Assembly: GCA_029210695.1 (NCBI GenBank)
Contig: JARGFH010000003.1
Span: 62,001-122,930, forward strand
Origin: Acidimicrobiia bacterium
GTDB taxonomy: Bacteria > Actinomycetota > Acidimicrobiia > Spongiisociales > JAHEDJ01
DNA: 60,930 nucleotides
Direction: 5' to 3'
The position numbers were made by a program, and so were the translations under genes. The notes below the pieces were generated by a model. It did no database searches and was not told the DNA's origin. It saw nothing but the letters and a program-made list of their open reading frames with translations. Shown piece after piece: positions 18,646 to 28,336 of the stretch. Numbering within the stretch: position 1 is the first letter of the stretch; every line of letters starts with the position of its first letter.

Positions 18646-20508
18646 TCAGGCGCCGCTTACCAGGCCAAGCACGCGCTCGGCAATCGACTCCGCATCGAGC
18701 CCGATCGACTTCATTATCTCGCCGGCCGAACCGGCGGGCAGGAACTCGTCCGGAATGCCCATGATCCGGATGCGATCGGCGAGGCCGTCCAGGCTCACCG
18801 TCTCCAGAACCCCGGCGCCGAAGCCACCGCTAATCACGTTGTCTTCGAGCGTGACAACCATCGGGTAGGCGCGCACCCAGTCGACCAGACGCTCGTCCAT
18901 AGGCTTCACCCAGCGAGCATTTATCAGGCCGACCGACACGCCTTGTTGTGCCAGCGTCAACTGTGCCTTCTGAGCGAGTTCGACCATTCGACCCGTTGCG
19001 AGCAGCAGTACGTCTGATCCGGACTCGAGTTCTTCCCAAGTGCCTATTTCGAGTGGCTCGACGGGCAGTTCCGGGATCGTGTCTGCTCCACCTTTCGGGA
19101 AGCGGATAGCCATGGGGCCTTCGTGAGTAACGCCGGCCGCCACCATCGCACAGAGTTCGCGTGCATCCGATGGTGCTCCGATGGTCATGCCGGGAATCAT
19201 CCGCAGGTAGGAGAGATCGAAAGCTCCATGATGAGATGGACCGTCCGGTCCGGTCACGCCCGCACGATCGAGGAGGAAGGTGACCGGCAGGTTGTGCATC
19301 GCCACATCCATCACTACTTCGTCGAAGGCTCGCTGCAGAAAGGTCGAATACACGGCAACGACCGGGCGCTTGCCGCTCATCGCCAACCCTGCTGCCAGCG
19401 CCACCGCGTGCTGTTCGGCGATACCGGTATCGATGACCCGGTCGGGGAACTCGCCTGCCATTTCACCGAGACCGGTCGGAGACACCATGGCGGCGCTGAT
19501 GGCGACGACATCCTCGTTCTGGCGAGCGGCGTGGAGGACGGCCATGGCGGCGATGTCCGTCATCTTCAGTTCGGAGTTGTTAGGTCGGCCCGACTCGACG
19601 TCGAAGGCGCTCACGCCGTGCAGCTTCTCGACCTCGTCGTTGATGGCCGGTTCGTACCCACGGCCCTTGTCCGTGATGACATGGACGATGGCCGGTTCTC
19701 CCATGTCTTTGGCGTGTTCGAGTGCCTCTTCCATTGCCTGGAAGTCGTGGCCGTCGAGGATCCCCGAGTACTTCAGGCCGAGCACATCGAAAACTGTGGC
19801 CGGCTCGACCAACTGTTTGAGGCTCTCTTTCAAACGAAATGCGAGTTCGTCGGCGGTGTCGCCCACGATGGGAAGGGAGCGCAAAACGCGGCCGGTGAGT
19901 TTCTTGGCGTGCTCGTAGCGCGGGTTGAACCGTAGGTGAGCCAGTGCAGCAAGTCCGCCGACCGTCGGCGCGTACGAACGCCCGTTGTCGTTGACGACGA
20001 TGATCAGGTTCGGGGGCCGTGTCACCGCGATGTGATTGAGGGCCTCATACGCAACTCCGCCCGTCAGGGCGCCGTCGCCGATGACCGCGATCGTATAGCG
20101 GCCGTTGCCCGCCTCCGCGTTGGAGATGGCGTTGCCGAGCGCATAGCTGAGCGATACAGACGCGTGGCTGTTCTCGACGAAGTCGTGGTCGCTCTCAGCC
20201 CGGCTCGGGTAGCCCGTCATTCCGCCGAACGAGCGGAGCGAGTCGAAGCCGCCCTGGCGGCCGGTGACGATCTTGTGGACGTATGCCTGGTGCCCAACGT
20301 CCCAGTAGATGCGGTCGTCCGGGCTCTCGAAGACCCGGTGAAGGGCCAGGGTCAGTTCGACGATTCCGAGATTCGGTGAGAGATGGCCCCCGGTGCGCGA
20401 GATCTTCTCAACCATGAATTGTCGAATCTCAGCAGCCAGTTGCTCGAGTTCATCGACGTCGAGGCTGCGAAGGTCTTCAGGATCCTGGATGTGTTCGAGA
20501 AAGTTCAC
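18646..20508 (-). CDS. dxs: 1-deoxy-D-xylulose-5-phosphate synthase
   Basis: TGGHLSPNLG, WDVGHQAYVHK, GDGALTGG, GIAEQHAV, YSTFLQRA, DRAG..GPDGPSHHG. Confidence 0.97.
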   Translation of the reverse strand: MNFLEHIQDPEDLRSLDVDELEQLAAEIRQFMVEKISRTGGHLSPNLGIVELTLALHRVFESPDDRIYWDVGHQAYVHKIVTGRQGGFDSLRSFGGMTGYPSRAESDHDFVENSHASVSLSYALGNAISNAEAGNGRYTIAVIGDGALTGGVAYEALNHIAVTRPPNLIIVVNDNGRSYAPTVGGLAALAHLRFNPRYEHAKKLTGRVLRSLPIVGDTADELAFRLKESLKQLVEPATVFDVLGLKYSGILDGHDFQAMEEALEHAKDMGEPAIVHVITDKGRGYEPAINDEVEKLHGVSAFDVESGRPNNSELKMTDIAAMAVLHAARQNEDVVAISAAMVSPTGLGEMAGEFPDRVIDTGIAEQHAVALAAGLAMSGKRPVVAVYSTFLQRAFDEVVMDVAMHNLPVTFLLDRAGVTGPDGPSHHGAFDLSYLRMIPGMTIGAPSDARELCAMVAAGVTHEGPMAIRFPKGGADTIPELPVEPLEIGTWEELESGSDVLLLATGRMVELAQKAQLTLAQQGVSVGLINARWVKPMDERLVDWVRAYPMVVTLEDNVISGGFGAGVLETVSLDGLADRIRIMGIPDEFLPAGSAGEIMKSIGLDAESIAERVLGLVSGA

Positions 20509-20718
20509 GTGCGCTTCGTTTGTGAGGGTCGTGGTGTCGGCGGCAACCGCTTGTGCGGTCGGAAACGAGGGTCACAGACTAGCGCTGCAACGGGCCACTG
20601 GTCACGGCCGATCTGAAATAGGTCCCACTTTTGGTTGATGCGTCCGTTCGGCCCTGTCTATGGTGGTTTCACTAATCGGGGAGGCGCAGTCCCTGAATTC
20701 CCATTTGGGAGGAGCAGA

Positions 20719-21849
20719 ATGAATCTCAAGAAACTAATGGCGGTACTGGCGGTATTGGCTCTGGTCCTGACGGCGTGTGACGCCGGAGGGGGCGGAGACG
20801 AGACCACTCCCACCACGGCCGTCACCCCGGATGACGGCACTACTACCGAGACCACCGCAGGCGGAACCGATACCGGAGCGCAGACGGGTGGAAGCCGTCT
20901 CGACGAGATTATCGCCCGCGGAACGCTCAATTGTGGTGTGAACGAAACCTTGCCCGGGTTCGGTTCGAAGGATGAGACGGGCGCATTTGTCGGTTTTGAC
21001 ATCGATCTCTGTCGTGCAGTGGCAGCCGCGGTGCTCGGCGACTCAGAAGCGGTGAACTACACCGCATTGACGGCCGCACAGCGCTTCGAGGCTCTGTCCT
21101 CAGGTTCAATTGACATGCTCAGCCGGAACACGACCTGGACCCAAAGCCGTGATGGCGAGTTGGGCGTGGACTTTGCCCCGACCACTTACTACGACGGACA
21201 GCAGGTTATGGCTCTGGCTGCCGACGGATTCGACAGCGGCTCAGGCCTTGCGGATCTCGCCGGTGCGGTCATATGCACCAACGCCGGAACCACGACCGAG
21301 AAGAACATCACCGAGGCGATGCAAGCGGCCGGTACGGATTTCACACTCACCACTTTCGAGGACTTCAACATCGTGTTGGAGAATTTCAAGAGTGGCGCTT
21401 GTGACGCCGTTACCACCGACGGTTCCGGTCTCATTTCGCGCAAGTCCACCGATGAACCCGCCCCCGGCGATTGGGTCATCTTCCCGGCGGTGCCGATCTC
21501 CAAGGAACCTCTTGGTCCCGGCGTCGCCCAGGGTGACGCGAAGTGGGCCGATGCGGTCAACTGGTCGATCTACGCCATGATCCTCGCTGAGGAACTGGGA
21601 GTGGACAGCTCCAACGTGGACGCCATGCAGGCGAGCCCACCTAATGGTGAGGTTCAGCGTTTGCTCGGCGGCGAGGAAGAAAAGCAGACGGCGATGGGCC
21701 TTTCTGCTGATGCGTTCTATAACGTCATCAAGCAGGTCGGCAACTACGGTGAGATCTTCGATCGGCATCTCACGGTGCTGGGACTCGAGCGCGGCCTCAA
21801 CGCACTGTGGAGCGACGGTGGTCTGATCTACGCACCGCCTGCTAGGTAA
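20719..21849 (+). CDS. aapJ: General L-amino acid ABC transporter substrate-binding lipoprotein (AapJ/BztA)
   Basis: Lipobox LTAC; LSRNTTWT.SRD, ISKEPLGP, VGNYGEIF, RGLNALW..GGLIYAPP.R. Confidence 0.9.
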   Translation: MNLKKLMAVLAVLALVLTACDAGGGGDETTPTTAVTPDDGTTTETTAGGTDTGAQTGGSRLDEIIARGTLNCGVNETLPGFGSKDETGAFVGFDIDLCRAVAAAVLGDSEAVNYTALTAAQRFEALSSGSIDMLSRNTTWTQSRDGELGVDFAPTTYYDGQQVMALAADGFDSGSGLADLAGAVICTNAGTTTEKNITEAMQAAGTDFTLTTFEDFNIVLENFKSGACDAVTTDGSGLISRKSTDEPAPGDWVIFPAVPISKEPLGPGVAQGDAKWADAVNWSIYAMILAEELGVDSSNVDAMQASPPNGEVQRLLGGEEEKQTAMGLSADAFYNVIKQVGNYGEIFDRHLTVLGLERGLNALWSDGGLIYAPPAR

Positions 21850-21866
21850 CCGAAGAGGAAGACACA

Positions 21867-21894
21867 GTGAGGGGGCGCGCAGGCGCCCCCTCAC
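21867..21894 (+). terminator. Stem-loop after the SBP gene (mRNA stabiliser or partial terminator)
   Basis: Perfect 12-bp stem GTGAGGGGGCGC-GCAG-GCGCCCCCTCAC. Confidence 0.6.
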
Positions 21895-21918
21895 CACATC
21901 GGCTCGCGGAGGGGCTTT

Positions 21919-23445
21919 GTGACGCAGACCGTCGAACCGAAGGCAGCACACGAGCGGCCCCCGCTCTGGCGGGACGCCACTGTTCTGAAGTGGGCAGCTC
22001 AGATTGCGGTCCTGCTAGGACTGATCTTCGTGGGTGTCGTCGCCGTCCGCAGCGCCGCAGCCAATCTCGAGGCGCAAGGTCTCACCTTCTCCTGGCGGTT
22101 CCTGAGTGACGCGCCGGGCATTCAGCTCTCTGAGGGCTTCGCCACACTGCCCTCGTCCGGCCTCGAGGCGATACTCGTCGGCGTCGTCAACATGTTGCGG
22201 GTCACCGCCTCGGGCGTTGTAGCCGCCACGATCCTTGGAGTGATCGTCGGCATCGCCAGGCTCTCTTCGAACTGGTTGGTCAACAAGGCCTCCACCGTAT
22301 ATGTCGAGACCATTCGCAACGTTCCGCTGTTGCTCCAGATTGTGTTCTGGTTTGCAGTCTTTGGCTCGCTTCCAAGCTTGGAATCCGAAGGCTCGGGGCC
22401 GATCGAGGGGTGGCTGTACGCCACGAACAAGGGTCTGTCCATCCCGTGGTTCTTTCCTCGCGAAGCGTTTTGGCAGTGGTTCGTATTCGTTCTAGCCGGT
22501 GCAATCGCCGCCCGGTTCGCCTTCCGGTGGCGGATCAGGGTCCTTGAAGAGACAGGACATGAAGCCCACGCCGTTGGGTACTCGCTCGCCGCTTTCATGC
22601 TCTTTGCCGTCGTCGGTTGGTTCGCGCACCCCATTGCCGGCGCTCTCGGGTGGGTCTTTGGTGGCTTGTCCTGGCTGTTCGGGAGCGTTCCGCTGGTGCT
22701 CATGCAGTTCGTCCTGGCCGTTGCCGTCGTCGGCCTGGCGGCCCGGTGGATCAAACGGTTCCTCGACTCGCTGCGCAGCCCGGCTGGTCTTGCCCGGTTG
22801 ACCGATGATGACATCTTCCGGATCGGCCTGGCCGGGGCGATGGGTGTCGTTGCCGCCATCGTTTTCTTCTTGGTGCCCGGGATCACCGAGGGGATCAATC
22901 TCGGACTCGAACGCCTCTTCGGATTTTGGGATGGCAAATTCGATTTCTTGCGCACAGGCACCGTGCTCGAGTTCGGGCGTCCGACGGTGGAAGCTCCCGG
23001 GCGATTCGCCAGTTTCGGAGCCACCGGCATGACGATGAGCGGCTACTTCTTCGGTGTGTGGGTGGGCGTCACGTTGTACACGGCTGCGTTCATCGCCGAG
23101 ATCGTGCGCGGCGGCATTCTGGCCGTCGCCAAGGGGCAAACTGAGGCCGGACTGGCGTTGGGCCTCAAGCGCAGCCAGTTGCTGCGGATGATCGTTCTGC
23201 CTCAGGCCTTCCGGATCATCCTCCCGCCGATGGGAAATCAGTACCTCAACCTGGCCAAGAACACGTCGCTCGGGATCGCAGTGGGATACGCCGAGGTCGT
23301 GGCCGTCGGGCAGACGCTCTTCAACCAGACGGGCGCCACGATTCAAGTCATCCTGATCTGGATGGGGTTCTACCTGCTGGTCAGTCTGATGCTTTCAGCC
23401 ATCGTCAACTGGTACAACCGCCGAGTCGCACTCGTGGAGCGCTGA
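21919..23445 (+). CDS. aapQ: General L-amino acid ABC transporter permease (AapQ/BztB), enlarged
   Basis: RLSSNWL, YVETIRNVPLLLQ, YTAAFIAEIVRGGI, NQYLNLAKNTSL. Confidence 0.88.
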   Translation: MTQTVEPKAAHERPPLWRDATVLKWAAQIAVLLGLIFVGVVAVRSAAANLEAQGLTFSWRFLSDAPGIQLSEGFATLPSSGLEAILVGVVNMLRVTASGVVAATILGVIVGIARLSSNWLVNKASTVYVETIRNVPLLLQIVFWFAVFGSLPSLESEGSGPIEGWLYATNKGLSIPWFFPREAFWQWFVFVLAGAIAARFAFRWRIRVLEETGHEAHAVGYSLAAFMLFAVVGWFAHPIAGALGWVFGGLSWLFGSVPLVLMQFVLAVAVVGLAARWIKRFLDSLRSPAGLARLTDDDIFRIGLAGAMGVVAAIVFFLVPGITEGINLGLERLFGFWDGKFDFLRTGTVLEFGRPTVEAPGRFASFGATGMTMSGYFFGVWVGVTLYTAAFIAEIVRGGILAVAKGQTEAGLALGLKRSQLLRMIVLPQAFRIILPPMGNQYLNLAKNTSLGIAVGYAEVVAVGQTLFNQTGATIQVILIWMGFYLLVSLMLSAIVNWYNRRVALVER

Positions 23446-25193
23446 TGACCGAACCATTTGTCAACGAGATCAGCGAGTCCGAGGTTGCACCTGACAAACC
23501 GTCGGCCGGTGCGATCCGCTGGGCCAGGGAGAACCTCTTCTCGACGTTCTTCAACTCGGTCCTCTCTTTGTTGATGCTGGCGCTGATCGTGGTGTTCGTG
23601 AGAGGCCTCTTGAGCTACGTGTTTGCCGAGGAGCGGCTGTGGAACGTCATTCCTCGCAACATGAAGCTGTACTGGACAGAGGCCTATCCCGTCGCCGAAA
23701 TGACCAGGACCTGGGTCTCGCTGGGGATCGTCCTGGTGCTGGCGGGATTGAGTCTGGCCGTCTGGAAAGTGGGCGGGAAAACCGCCCCGCGTCAATTCGG
23801 TAGGACGCTGACTTCCATCGGCATCACCGGCCTGGTGGTCGCCATCCTGGCCGATGCACCGTCCGGCATTCGGGTCGGCGCCGCTGCGGTTGGCGCCGTT
23901 CTCTTTTTGGCGGGCCAGGCGGTTCGGATGATGGCCGGTGAGCGGTTCAAAGAAGAAACGATCCACATCCGCTCCGTTCTCCTCGGCATCCTGCTGATCA
24001 TCGGCGTCATTGTCTGGATACTCCCGATCGAGACCGGCACCAAAACCAGCTTGACCATTCAAGGTGTGCTGCTGGTCGTGTCGTACCTCCTGGGCGGGGT
24101 GGTCGTCCGCGTTGTTTCAGAAGGCTTGGCCCGCGGCGTCCTGGTCGGCCTGTGGTTGTTGTCTCTTCCTGTGGTTTACCTGGTCGTTCAGCGGGCACCG
24201 GTGACCGCCGACGTGCCGGTGATGTCGGTCTTCCTGCCCTCCGCCGTTGCGTTCATCGTGCTTGGTGGGGGCTTGCTGTGGTGGATGAGCTCCGGGAATG
24301 CCGGCGAGGGCGGGCGCCTGGCGGCCGGCGTTGTGGTAATCGCGGCTCTCGGTTGCTGGCTGGTCTCGATGCCGATGTTGGTTAGGTTCCTGCTGCTGGC
24401 TCTGGCCACGTTTGCCCTGGCGGCTCCGACGTTCGGTGGAACCGGGAAGGCGCAGAAGAACATCGTCATCGCCTGGTCGGTCACGGTGCTGATCACGGCC
24501 TACTTCATGGTCATGATGCAAGCGGAAACCGGCCTCGTGGGCCTCCAGGGGGAGTTCATCGGCGGCCTCAACCTGACCTTCCTGCTCGCCGTTTCCGGCC
24601 TGGTCATCTCGTTCCCGATCGGAATCATGCTGGCGCTCGGCCGTACCTCATCGATGCCCATTTTCCGGCTTCTCAGCACCGGGTACATCGAAACCGTGCG
24701 CGGGGTTCCGCTGATCACGGTGCTTTTCTTCGGCAACCTGGTGATCAACAGATTCCTACCCCGCGAGGTCGAACTCGACAACATCGTGAAAGCAATCGTG
24801 GCGATCGCCCTGTTCTCCGCCGCGTACCTGGCTGAGAACGTGCGCGGTGGTCTCCAGTCGATTCCGAAGGGTCAGTACGAGGCAGCCAAGGCGATGGGTC
24901 TCTCCACCGTCCAGATGACCGTGTTCATCACGCTTCCGCAGGCGTTGCGGTCGGTGATCCCGGCCATCGTCGGGCAGGTCATTTCCCTGTTCAAGGACAC
25001 ATCGCTTGTGGCGATCATCGGTCTCGCAGACTTCTTGCGGGTCGCCCGCGACATCGTGCCCAACCAGCCTGCCTCGCTGGGCAGCCTCCAGGAGAGCCTC
25101 CTGTTTGCGATGGTCATCTACTGGATCTTCACATTCAATGTCAGTCGCGCCAGCTTGAGGTTGGAGCGGAAGCTCGGCGTCGGCGAGCGGTAA
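23445..25193 (+). CDS. aapM: General L-amino acid ABC transporter permease (AapM/BztC), enlarged
   Basis: WARENLFS, LALGR.S.MP, IETVRGVPLI, AYLAENVRGGLQ, FKDTSL. Confidence 0.88.
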   Translation: MTEPFVNEISESEVAPDKPSAGAIRWARENLFSTFFNSVLSLLMLALIVVFVRGLLSYVFAEERLWNVIPRNMKLYWTEAYPVAEMTRTWVSLGIVLVLAGLSLAVWKVGGKTAPRQFGRTLTSIGITGLVVAILADAPSGIRVGAAAVGAVLFLAGQAVRMMAGERFKEETIHIRSVLLGILLIIGVIVWILPIETGTKTSLTIQGVLLVVSYLLGGVVVRVVSEGLARGVLVGLWLLSLPVVYLVVQRAPVTADVPVMSVFLPSAVAFIVLGGGLLWWMSSGNAGEGGRLAAGVVVIAALGCWLVSMPMLVRFLLLALATFALAAPTFGGTGKAQKNIVIAWSVTVLITAYFMVMMQAETGLVGLQGEFIGGLNLTFLLAVSGLVISFPIGIMLALGRTSSMPIFRLLSTGYIETVRGVPLITVLFFGNLVINRFLPREVELDNIVKAIVAIALFSAAYLAENVRGGLQSIPKGQYEAAKAMGLSTVQMTVFITLPQALRSVIPAIVGQVISLFKDTSLVAIIGLADFLRVARDIVPNQPASLGSLQESLLFAMVIYWIFTFNVSRASLRLERKLGVGER

Positions 25194-25205
25194 ACGGAGG
25201 TAACA

Positions 25206-25946
25206 GTGCCAGGCGACAAAGACATCATCATCAGCGACGGCGTCAAGAAATGGTTTGGCGACTTCCAGGCGCTCAAAGGCGTGACGACGAACGTCAAAGA
25301 GGGCGAAGTCGTTGTGATCATCGGCCCTTCCGGATCGGGCAAGTCGACGTTCATCCGCTGCATCAATCGCCTCGAAGTGCACCAGGAAGGCCGTATCGTC
25401 GTCGACGGCGTCGAACTGACGAACGATCTCCGCAATATCGAGAAGATCCGCTCTGAAGTCGGCATGGTGTTTCAGCAGTTCAATCTGTTCCCTCACCTGA
25501 CCGTGATGCAGAACATCACCCTGGCGCCGATCTGGGTGCGGAAGCACACGAGGGCGGACGCTGAGGAGACGGCGATGGCGCTGCTGGAGAGGGTTGGAAT
25601 CCCCGAGCAAGCCGACAAGTTCCCCGGCCAGCTATCCGGTGGTCAGCAACAGCGTGTCGCCATTGCACGATCCCTGGCGATGGAGCCTCGCATCATGCTC
25701 TTCGACGAGCCGACTTCCGCGCTCGACCCCGAGATGATCAAAGAGGTCCTGGACGTTATGAAGGAGCTGGCCAGGTCGGGCATGACGATGCTCGTGGTCA
25801 CCCATGAGATGGGGTTCGCCAAAGAGGTGGCCGACCGGGTGCTGTTCTTCGACTACGGCAACATCGTCGAGGCCGGCACACCGGAGCACTTCTTCACGAA
25901 CCCCCAACACGACCGCACGAAGCTGTTCCTCAGCCAGATCCTCTAG
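25206..25946 (+). CDS. aapP: General L-amino acid ABC transporter ATP-binding protein (AapP/BztD)
   Basis: [29 protein letters not shown]-terminal [10 protein letters not shown]. Confidence 0.92.
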   Translation: MPGDKDIIISDGVKKWFGDFQALKGVTTNVKEGEVVVIIGPSGSGKSTFIRCINRLEVHQEGRIVVDGVELTNDLRNIEKIRSEVGMVFQQFNLFPHLTVMQNITLAPIWVRKHTRADAEETAMALLERVGIPEQADKFPGQLSGGQQQRVAIARSLAMEPRIMLFDEPTSALDPEMIKEVLDVMKELARSGMTMLVVTHEMGFAKEVADRVLFFDYGNIVEAGTPEHFFTNPQHDRTKLFLSQIL

Positions 25947-25957
25947 CCCTAAGACCT

Positions 25958-26005
25958 TTCTGGCGTTAGAAAGCGCGCATTTCTGGCTGATTTCTGACGC
26001 CAGAA
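25958..26005 (+). repeat. Solo copy of the 48-bp palindromic repeat (family A)
   Basis: TTCTGGCGTTAGAAAGCGCGCATTTCTGGCTGATTTCTGACGCCAGAA; about 43/48 identical to the copy at 27246; 11 nt after the aapP stop. Confidence 0.9.
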
Positions 26006-26091
26006 TGGTTGGTTGAGACGATGTCGCCGACCAGTCCGGTTGGTTCGACGATGACGTTCCCGACATGAAGCCCGACTCGAACCTCTGAACG

Positions 26092-27231
26092 TCATCGCAG
26101 CTGACCCCATAGGTCGCGCTCCGCCAGGTCGATCACCGTCCACGCCATGGCGAGAGCGCCGTCTCTGATTGCTCGCTCGCCGTCTGGTGTCACCGTATGG
26201 GCGGCGAACTCCGGTTGATGGTTCACGTGGCCGCCGGCGTTGATGCCGAGGAACGGGTGAATCGAGGGAACGACGTGGGAAACGTTGCCCATGTCTGTGG
26301 AACCGGCTGCCCCTGGGTCGAAGTCGCTTGCACGCAGCATGGTCCGCCCGAGGGCAGAGATATTGGCGTTGAACCGGTCAACGAGGACGGGGTTGTTGAC
26401 CAGGTCTTCGTAGGGGTGGCCGATCTCCTCGACCTCGTAGGTACATCCAGTGGCCGCGCCGTCCAAGCAGGCGATCACCTTGTCGTACAGTTCGACCATT
26501 CTGGCTTTGGTTCCGGCCCGGACGTACCACGATGACTTCGTCATCGAAGGGATGATGTTGGGAGCGTCTCCGCCGTGTGTGACGATGCAATGGACCTTGT
26601 CGGTCGGGTAGAACGCTTGTCGAAGTGTCGAGACGTTCACGTAAGCCTGCACGAATGCGTCGAGGGCGTTGATACCGAGTTGTGGAGCGAAGGCGGCGTG
26701 CGAGTCCCGCCCGTGGAAAGTCACGTCGATGTGCCGAACTGCGAGGACGTCGGGGTCGAGCACATCGTCGGGGGAGGGGTGGATCATCATCGAAGCGGCG
26801 GTGCCCTCGAATGCGCCGGCCTCGATGAGGTCGACCTTGCCGCCCCTCATCTCTTCGGCGGGTGTGCCGAGCACCGTCACCCGGATGCCGAGCTCGTCGG
26901 CCAGGCCGGCGAGCGCGACTCCCGCTCCCAGCGCCGACGTGGCGATGATGTTGTGACCACAGGCATGGCCGACGCCGGGCAGAGCGTCGTACTCCGCGCA
27001 GATCACAACTTCCGGCCCCGAGTCCCCGACCCGTGCCACAAAGGCCGTATCGAGTCCATACGCCGGGTACTCGACGGCGAAGCCGTGCTCCTCGAGAAAC
27101 GTCGAGAGTCGGGCCGAGGTATCGAATTCCTCAAACGCAATTTCCGGGTTGTCATACATCCACCGGCTGATTTGCTGGAGTTCGCCCTCGACAGCGGTGA
27201 ACTTCTCTTGTGCGGCTGCCTTGCGATCCAT
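26092..27231 (-). CDS. M20-family amidohydrolase (ACY1L2/AbgB-like)
   Basis: PEIAFEE, AEYDALP..GHACGHN, GTPAEE..GGK, GSTDMGNVS. Confidence 0.92.
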   Translation of the reverse strand: MDRKAAAQEKFTAVEGELQQISRWMYDNPEIAFEEFDTSARLSTFLEEHGFAVEYPAYGLDTAFVARVGDSGPEVVICAEYDALPGVGHACGHNIIATSALGAGVALAGLADELGIRVTVLGTPAEEMRGGKVDLIEAGAFEGTAASMMIHPSPDDVLDPDVLAVRHIDVTFHGRDSHAAFAPQLGINALDAFVQAYVNVSTLRQAFYPTDKVHCIVTHGGDAPNIIPSMTKSSWYVRAGTKARMVELYDKVIACLDGAATGCTYEVEEIGHPYEDLVNNPVLVDRFNANISALGRTMLRASDFDPGAAGSTDMGNVSHVVPSIHPFLGINAGGHVNHQPEFAAHTVTPDGERAIRDGALAMAWTVIDLAERDLWGQLR

Positions 27232-27243
27232 CCCCCAACCTTA

Positions 27244-27299
27244 CGTTCTGGCGTCAGAAAGCGCGCAATTCTGGCGGGTTCCTGACGCCAGAACGGGGG
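27244..27299 (+). repeat. Left flanking palindromic direct repeat (family A)
   Basis: CGTTCTGGCGTCAG...CTGACGCCAGAACG 14-bp inverted arms; 55/56 identical to 28266-28321. Confidence 0.95.
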
Positions 27300-27350
27300 T
27301 TTGTTGCGACCTACTTCACTTCGGGGGAAGGGTGCCGCATATTGGGCAAT

Positions 27351-28307
27351 GTGACCGGGCTCTTATCTGCCATCGAAACTGCACGTGCTCAATACGGGTT
27401 GATCAGTCTTGATCAACTTCGATCGGCCGGCGTAGGCCCGAGGACGGTGGAGCGCCATGTCAGGTCCGGCAAGCTCGAGAGGATTGCGTTTCGGACCTTT
27501 CGATTTCCGGTTGTTGAACCCTCGTGGCATCAAGAGGTCATGAGCGCCACACTCACCGGCGGCCCAACTGCGCTCGCCTCACACGCCACCGCCGCCACTC
27601 TCCACGGGTTGCTCGACCGTCCGCTCGACCAGGTTGAGATCGTCATGCCTCGCTGGCGTCGGTCGCAGCAGCCGCCGTTTCGAATTCATGAGTCGAAGGA
27701 TCTGCTCCCCGAAGACCGGGTGATCGTCGAGGGCATACCTACGACCACGGCAGCTCGGACGGTCGTCGACCTGGGTGCTTCCGCTCCCTGGTTGGTTGAA
27801 AAGGCACTCGAGAGGGGTATCCGGCAGCAGGCCTTGACCCTGGCCGACGTAGAGGCATTCGTCGGCAGGGTTGGCCGTAGGGGTCGAGCAGGCGTCGGGA
27901 TCATCCGACCCCTGATTGAGCAGCGATTGCATTGGGACGGTCTCACCGAGAGCGAACTCGAGGACCTCTTTCGTCGAATCTGGGGAGTCCGGCTCCCTCA
28001 GCCCGTTCCCCAGTACGTCATCGAGGATACCCACTGGGGTTTTGTGTGCCGGGCCGACTTCGCATTCCCTGCCCATCGAATCCGAGTCGAGTTGGACTCG
28101 GAGGCGTTCCATATGGACCGACCCACGTTTCGCAAAGATCGTCGAGTTCAGAACCGCACAGAACTCCTCGGATGGAGGACGTTTCGGTACACGTGGTGGG
28201 ATCTCATCAATCGCCCCGAAGTAGTGCTATCCGAGCTAGAAGCTGCCCTGGCGGCAGCCATCCACCGTTCTGGCGTCAGAAAGCGCGCAATTCTGGCCGG
28301 TTCCTGA
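27351..28307 (+). CDS. AbiEi-like wHTH plus DUF559/Vsr-like endonuclease protein (start approximate)
   Basis: N-terminal ARAQYGLISLDQL...SGKLERI; ASHATAA.LHGL; GIPTTTAARTVVDL; ESELE; C-terminal PQ.V...RADFA.P..RI.VELDS..FH......DR..QN....GW...RYTW. The stop codon lies inside the right repeat. Confidence 0.85.
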   Translation: MTGLLSAIETARAQYGLISLDQLRSAGVGPRTVERHVRSGKLERIAFRTFRFPVVEPSWHQEVMSATLTGGPTALASHATAATLHGLLDRPLDQVEIVMPRWRRSQQPPFRIHESKDLLPEDRVIVEGIPTTTAARTVVDLGASAPWLVEKALERGIRQQALTLADVEAFVGRVGRRGRAGVGIIRPLIEQRLHWDGLTESELEDLFRRIWGVRLPQPVPQYVIEDTHWGFVCRADFAFPAHRIRVELDSEAFHMDRPTFRKDRRVQNRTELLGWRTFRYTWWDLINRPEVVLSELEAALAAAIHRSGVRKRAILAGS

Positions 28308-28321
28308 CGCCAGAACGGGGG
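28265..28321 (+). repeat. Right flanking palindromic direct repeat (family A)
   Basis: CCGTTCTGGCGTCAG...CTGACGCCAGAACGG 15-bp inverted arms; near-identical to the left copy. Confidence 0.95.
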
Positions 28322-28336
28322 GTGTAGGGTCTTGGC

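Noticed and set aside
27351..28307. Type IV toxin-antitoxin (AbiE) or IS transposase call
   Set aside because: No AbiEii nucleotidyltransferase partner and no DDE/HUH/serine recombinase motifs; no terminal inverted repeats with target duplication around the whole unit.
25958..28321. Integron attC cassette array
   Set aside because: No tyrosine integrase, no clear RYYYAAC/GTTRRRY core sites, and the enclosed genes are in opposite orientations.
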